Origin: a virus
Taxonomy: Duplodnaviria; Caudoviricetes
IMG/VR virus record: IMGVR_UViG_3300035665_000118
Coordinates: 1 to 37,677 of that record
Length of the DNA: 37,677 bases
Strand: one strand, 5' to 3'
In this document: positions 36,965 to 37,677 of the stretch, piece by piece
Layout: each line of letters starts with the position of its first letter
How positions within the stretch are numbered: position 1 is the first letter of the stretch
Position numbers and translations under genes: made by a program
Notes under the pieces: generated by a model
The model's input: the letters and a program-made list of their open reading frames with translations, nothing else
Databases searched by the model: none
Told to the model about the DNA's origin: nothing

Positions 36965-37015
36965 TGGCATCGGTTATCATTCAATATCGTTTCTACGAAA
37001 CTGGGAGGTTTCATT

Positions 37016-37675
37016 ATGGGTACATTAACTTGGGTTAATGGTAAGAACATTCTGCTAGATAAGTTTGATTCGTTTGGTGACATGTTGGCTTATGCCAATG
37101 CGAACCCGAACAAACAGCAATCAGATAAAGGCGATACCACATTTTGTGAAACTGCGAACTATGCGGAGGCTCACAAGTTGGCTGTTGAGGGCTGGCATGC
37201 GGTTCGTCCCGAGGTTGAGCGAATCATGTCGCAATTGTCTGAGCAGATTGATAACCGTTTGGATATGGTTTCGGAGTTGGAATATGCGACCTCAGGTGGT
37301 GCTGTTGATGTGGGTCGTTGGCTAACTGGCGAACCTGAATGCATGTACAGTTTCGTTCCGATGCCGAATGAGCGTATGGGTCGTGTGGTCAAAATATTCA
37401 TTGACTACGGTGCATCTGCATCATTCAGTGCCGAGTTCATTCGTCAGCGTGGCATTGTGCTGTGTGCTTTGGTGGACACTTTGCAGAAGATGCGTGTCGC
37501 TTGTGAAGTGTGGGGCGAGACTGCGGTTACCTTCGGTAATCGGGTTCACTCTACGGTTGTCAAGTTGCATGACGCTACGGCTCAGATGGACATTGATGAG
37601 TTGATGTTCGCTTTGGCGAACCCGTCAATGCTGAGGCGTATCACATTCTCGGTTCGTGAACTCGCTGGGTGCGGT
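37016..37675 (+). CDS. vWA-like partner of the AAA+ ATPase (partial, runs off the window; not in ORF track)
   Basis: Open frame from ATG 37016 with GGAGG SD: GG.VDVGRWLTGEPECM, IFID.GAS, ANPSMLRR. Confidence 0.75.
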   Translation, partial: MGTLTWVNGKNILLDKFDSFGDMLAYANANPNKQQSDKGDTTFCETANYAEAHKLAVEGWHAVRPEVERIMSQLSEQIDNRLDMVSELEYATSGGAVDVGRWLTGEPECMYSFVPMPNERMGRVVKIFIDYGASASFSAEFIRQRGIVLCALVDTLQKMRVACEVWGETAVTFGNRVHSTVVKLHDATAQMDIDELMFALANPSMLRRITFSVRELAGCG

Positions 37676-37677
37676 TC

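Overview
This window is a near-complete (~38 kb, circularly permuted) tailed dsDNA phage genome with podovirus-like gene content. The host is probably an actinobacterium (inference from GGAGG SD sites, an M15 endolysin plus a secreted lytic transglycosylase, and no recognisable spanins). The + strand early/replication arm (35286-end, continuing at 1-8632) carries a MoxR/CobS-like AAA+ ATPase with a vWA-like partner, DUF3846, a Cas4/RecB-like nuclease, a putative SSB, a DnaB/RecA-type helicase, an AEP primase, RusA, a sigma-region-4-like protein and DUF1599. The - strand late arm (33572-8629) carries terS, fibre genes, a sulfotransferase-like gene, a PA14/Thr-rich exported protein, holin, two lysins, terL, portal, scaffold, capsid, an array of basic proteins, adaptor, nozzle and ejection proteins up to about 2024 aa. 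No integrase, DNA polymerase, tRNA or CRISPR was seen. The most notable unannotated signals are: a canonical type II hammerhead ribozyme (21-87); a ~420-nt multi-helix candidate ncRNA heading the early operon (34825-35250); a recurring GGAAC late-promoter-like motif; SD sequences displayed in hairpin loops; a SAM-lyase-like module inside the giant virion protein; and apparent avoidance of many 4-bp palindromes. All calls are by eye; no searches or folding were run.
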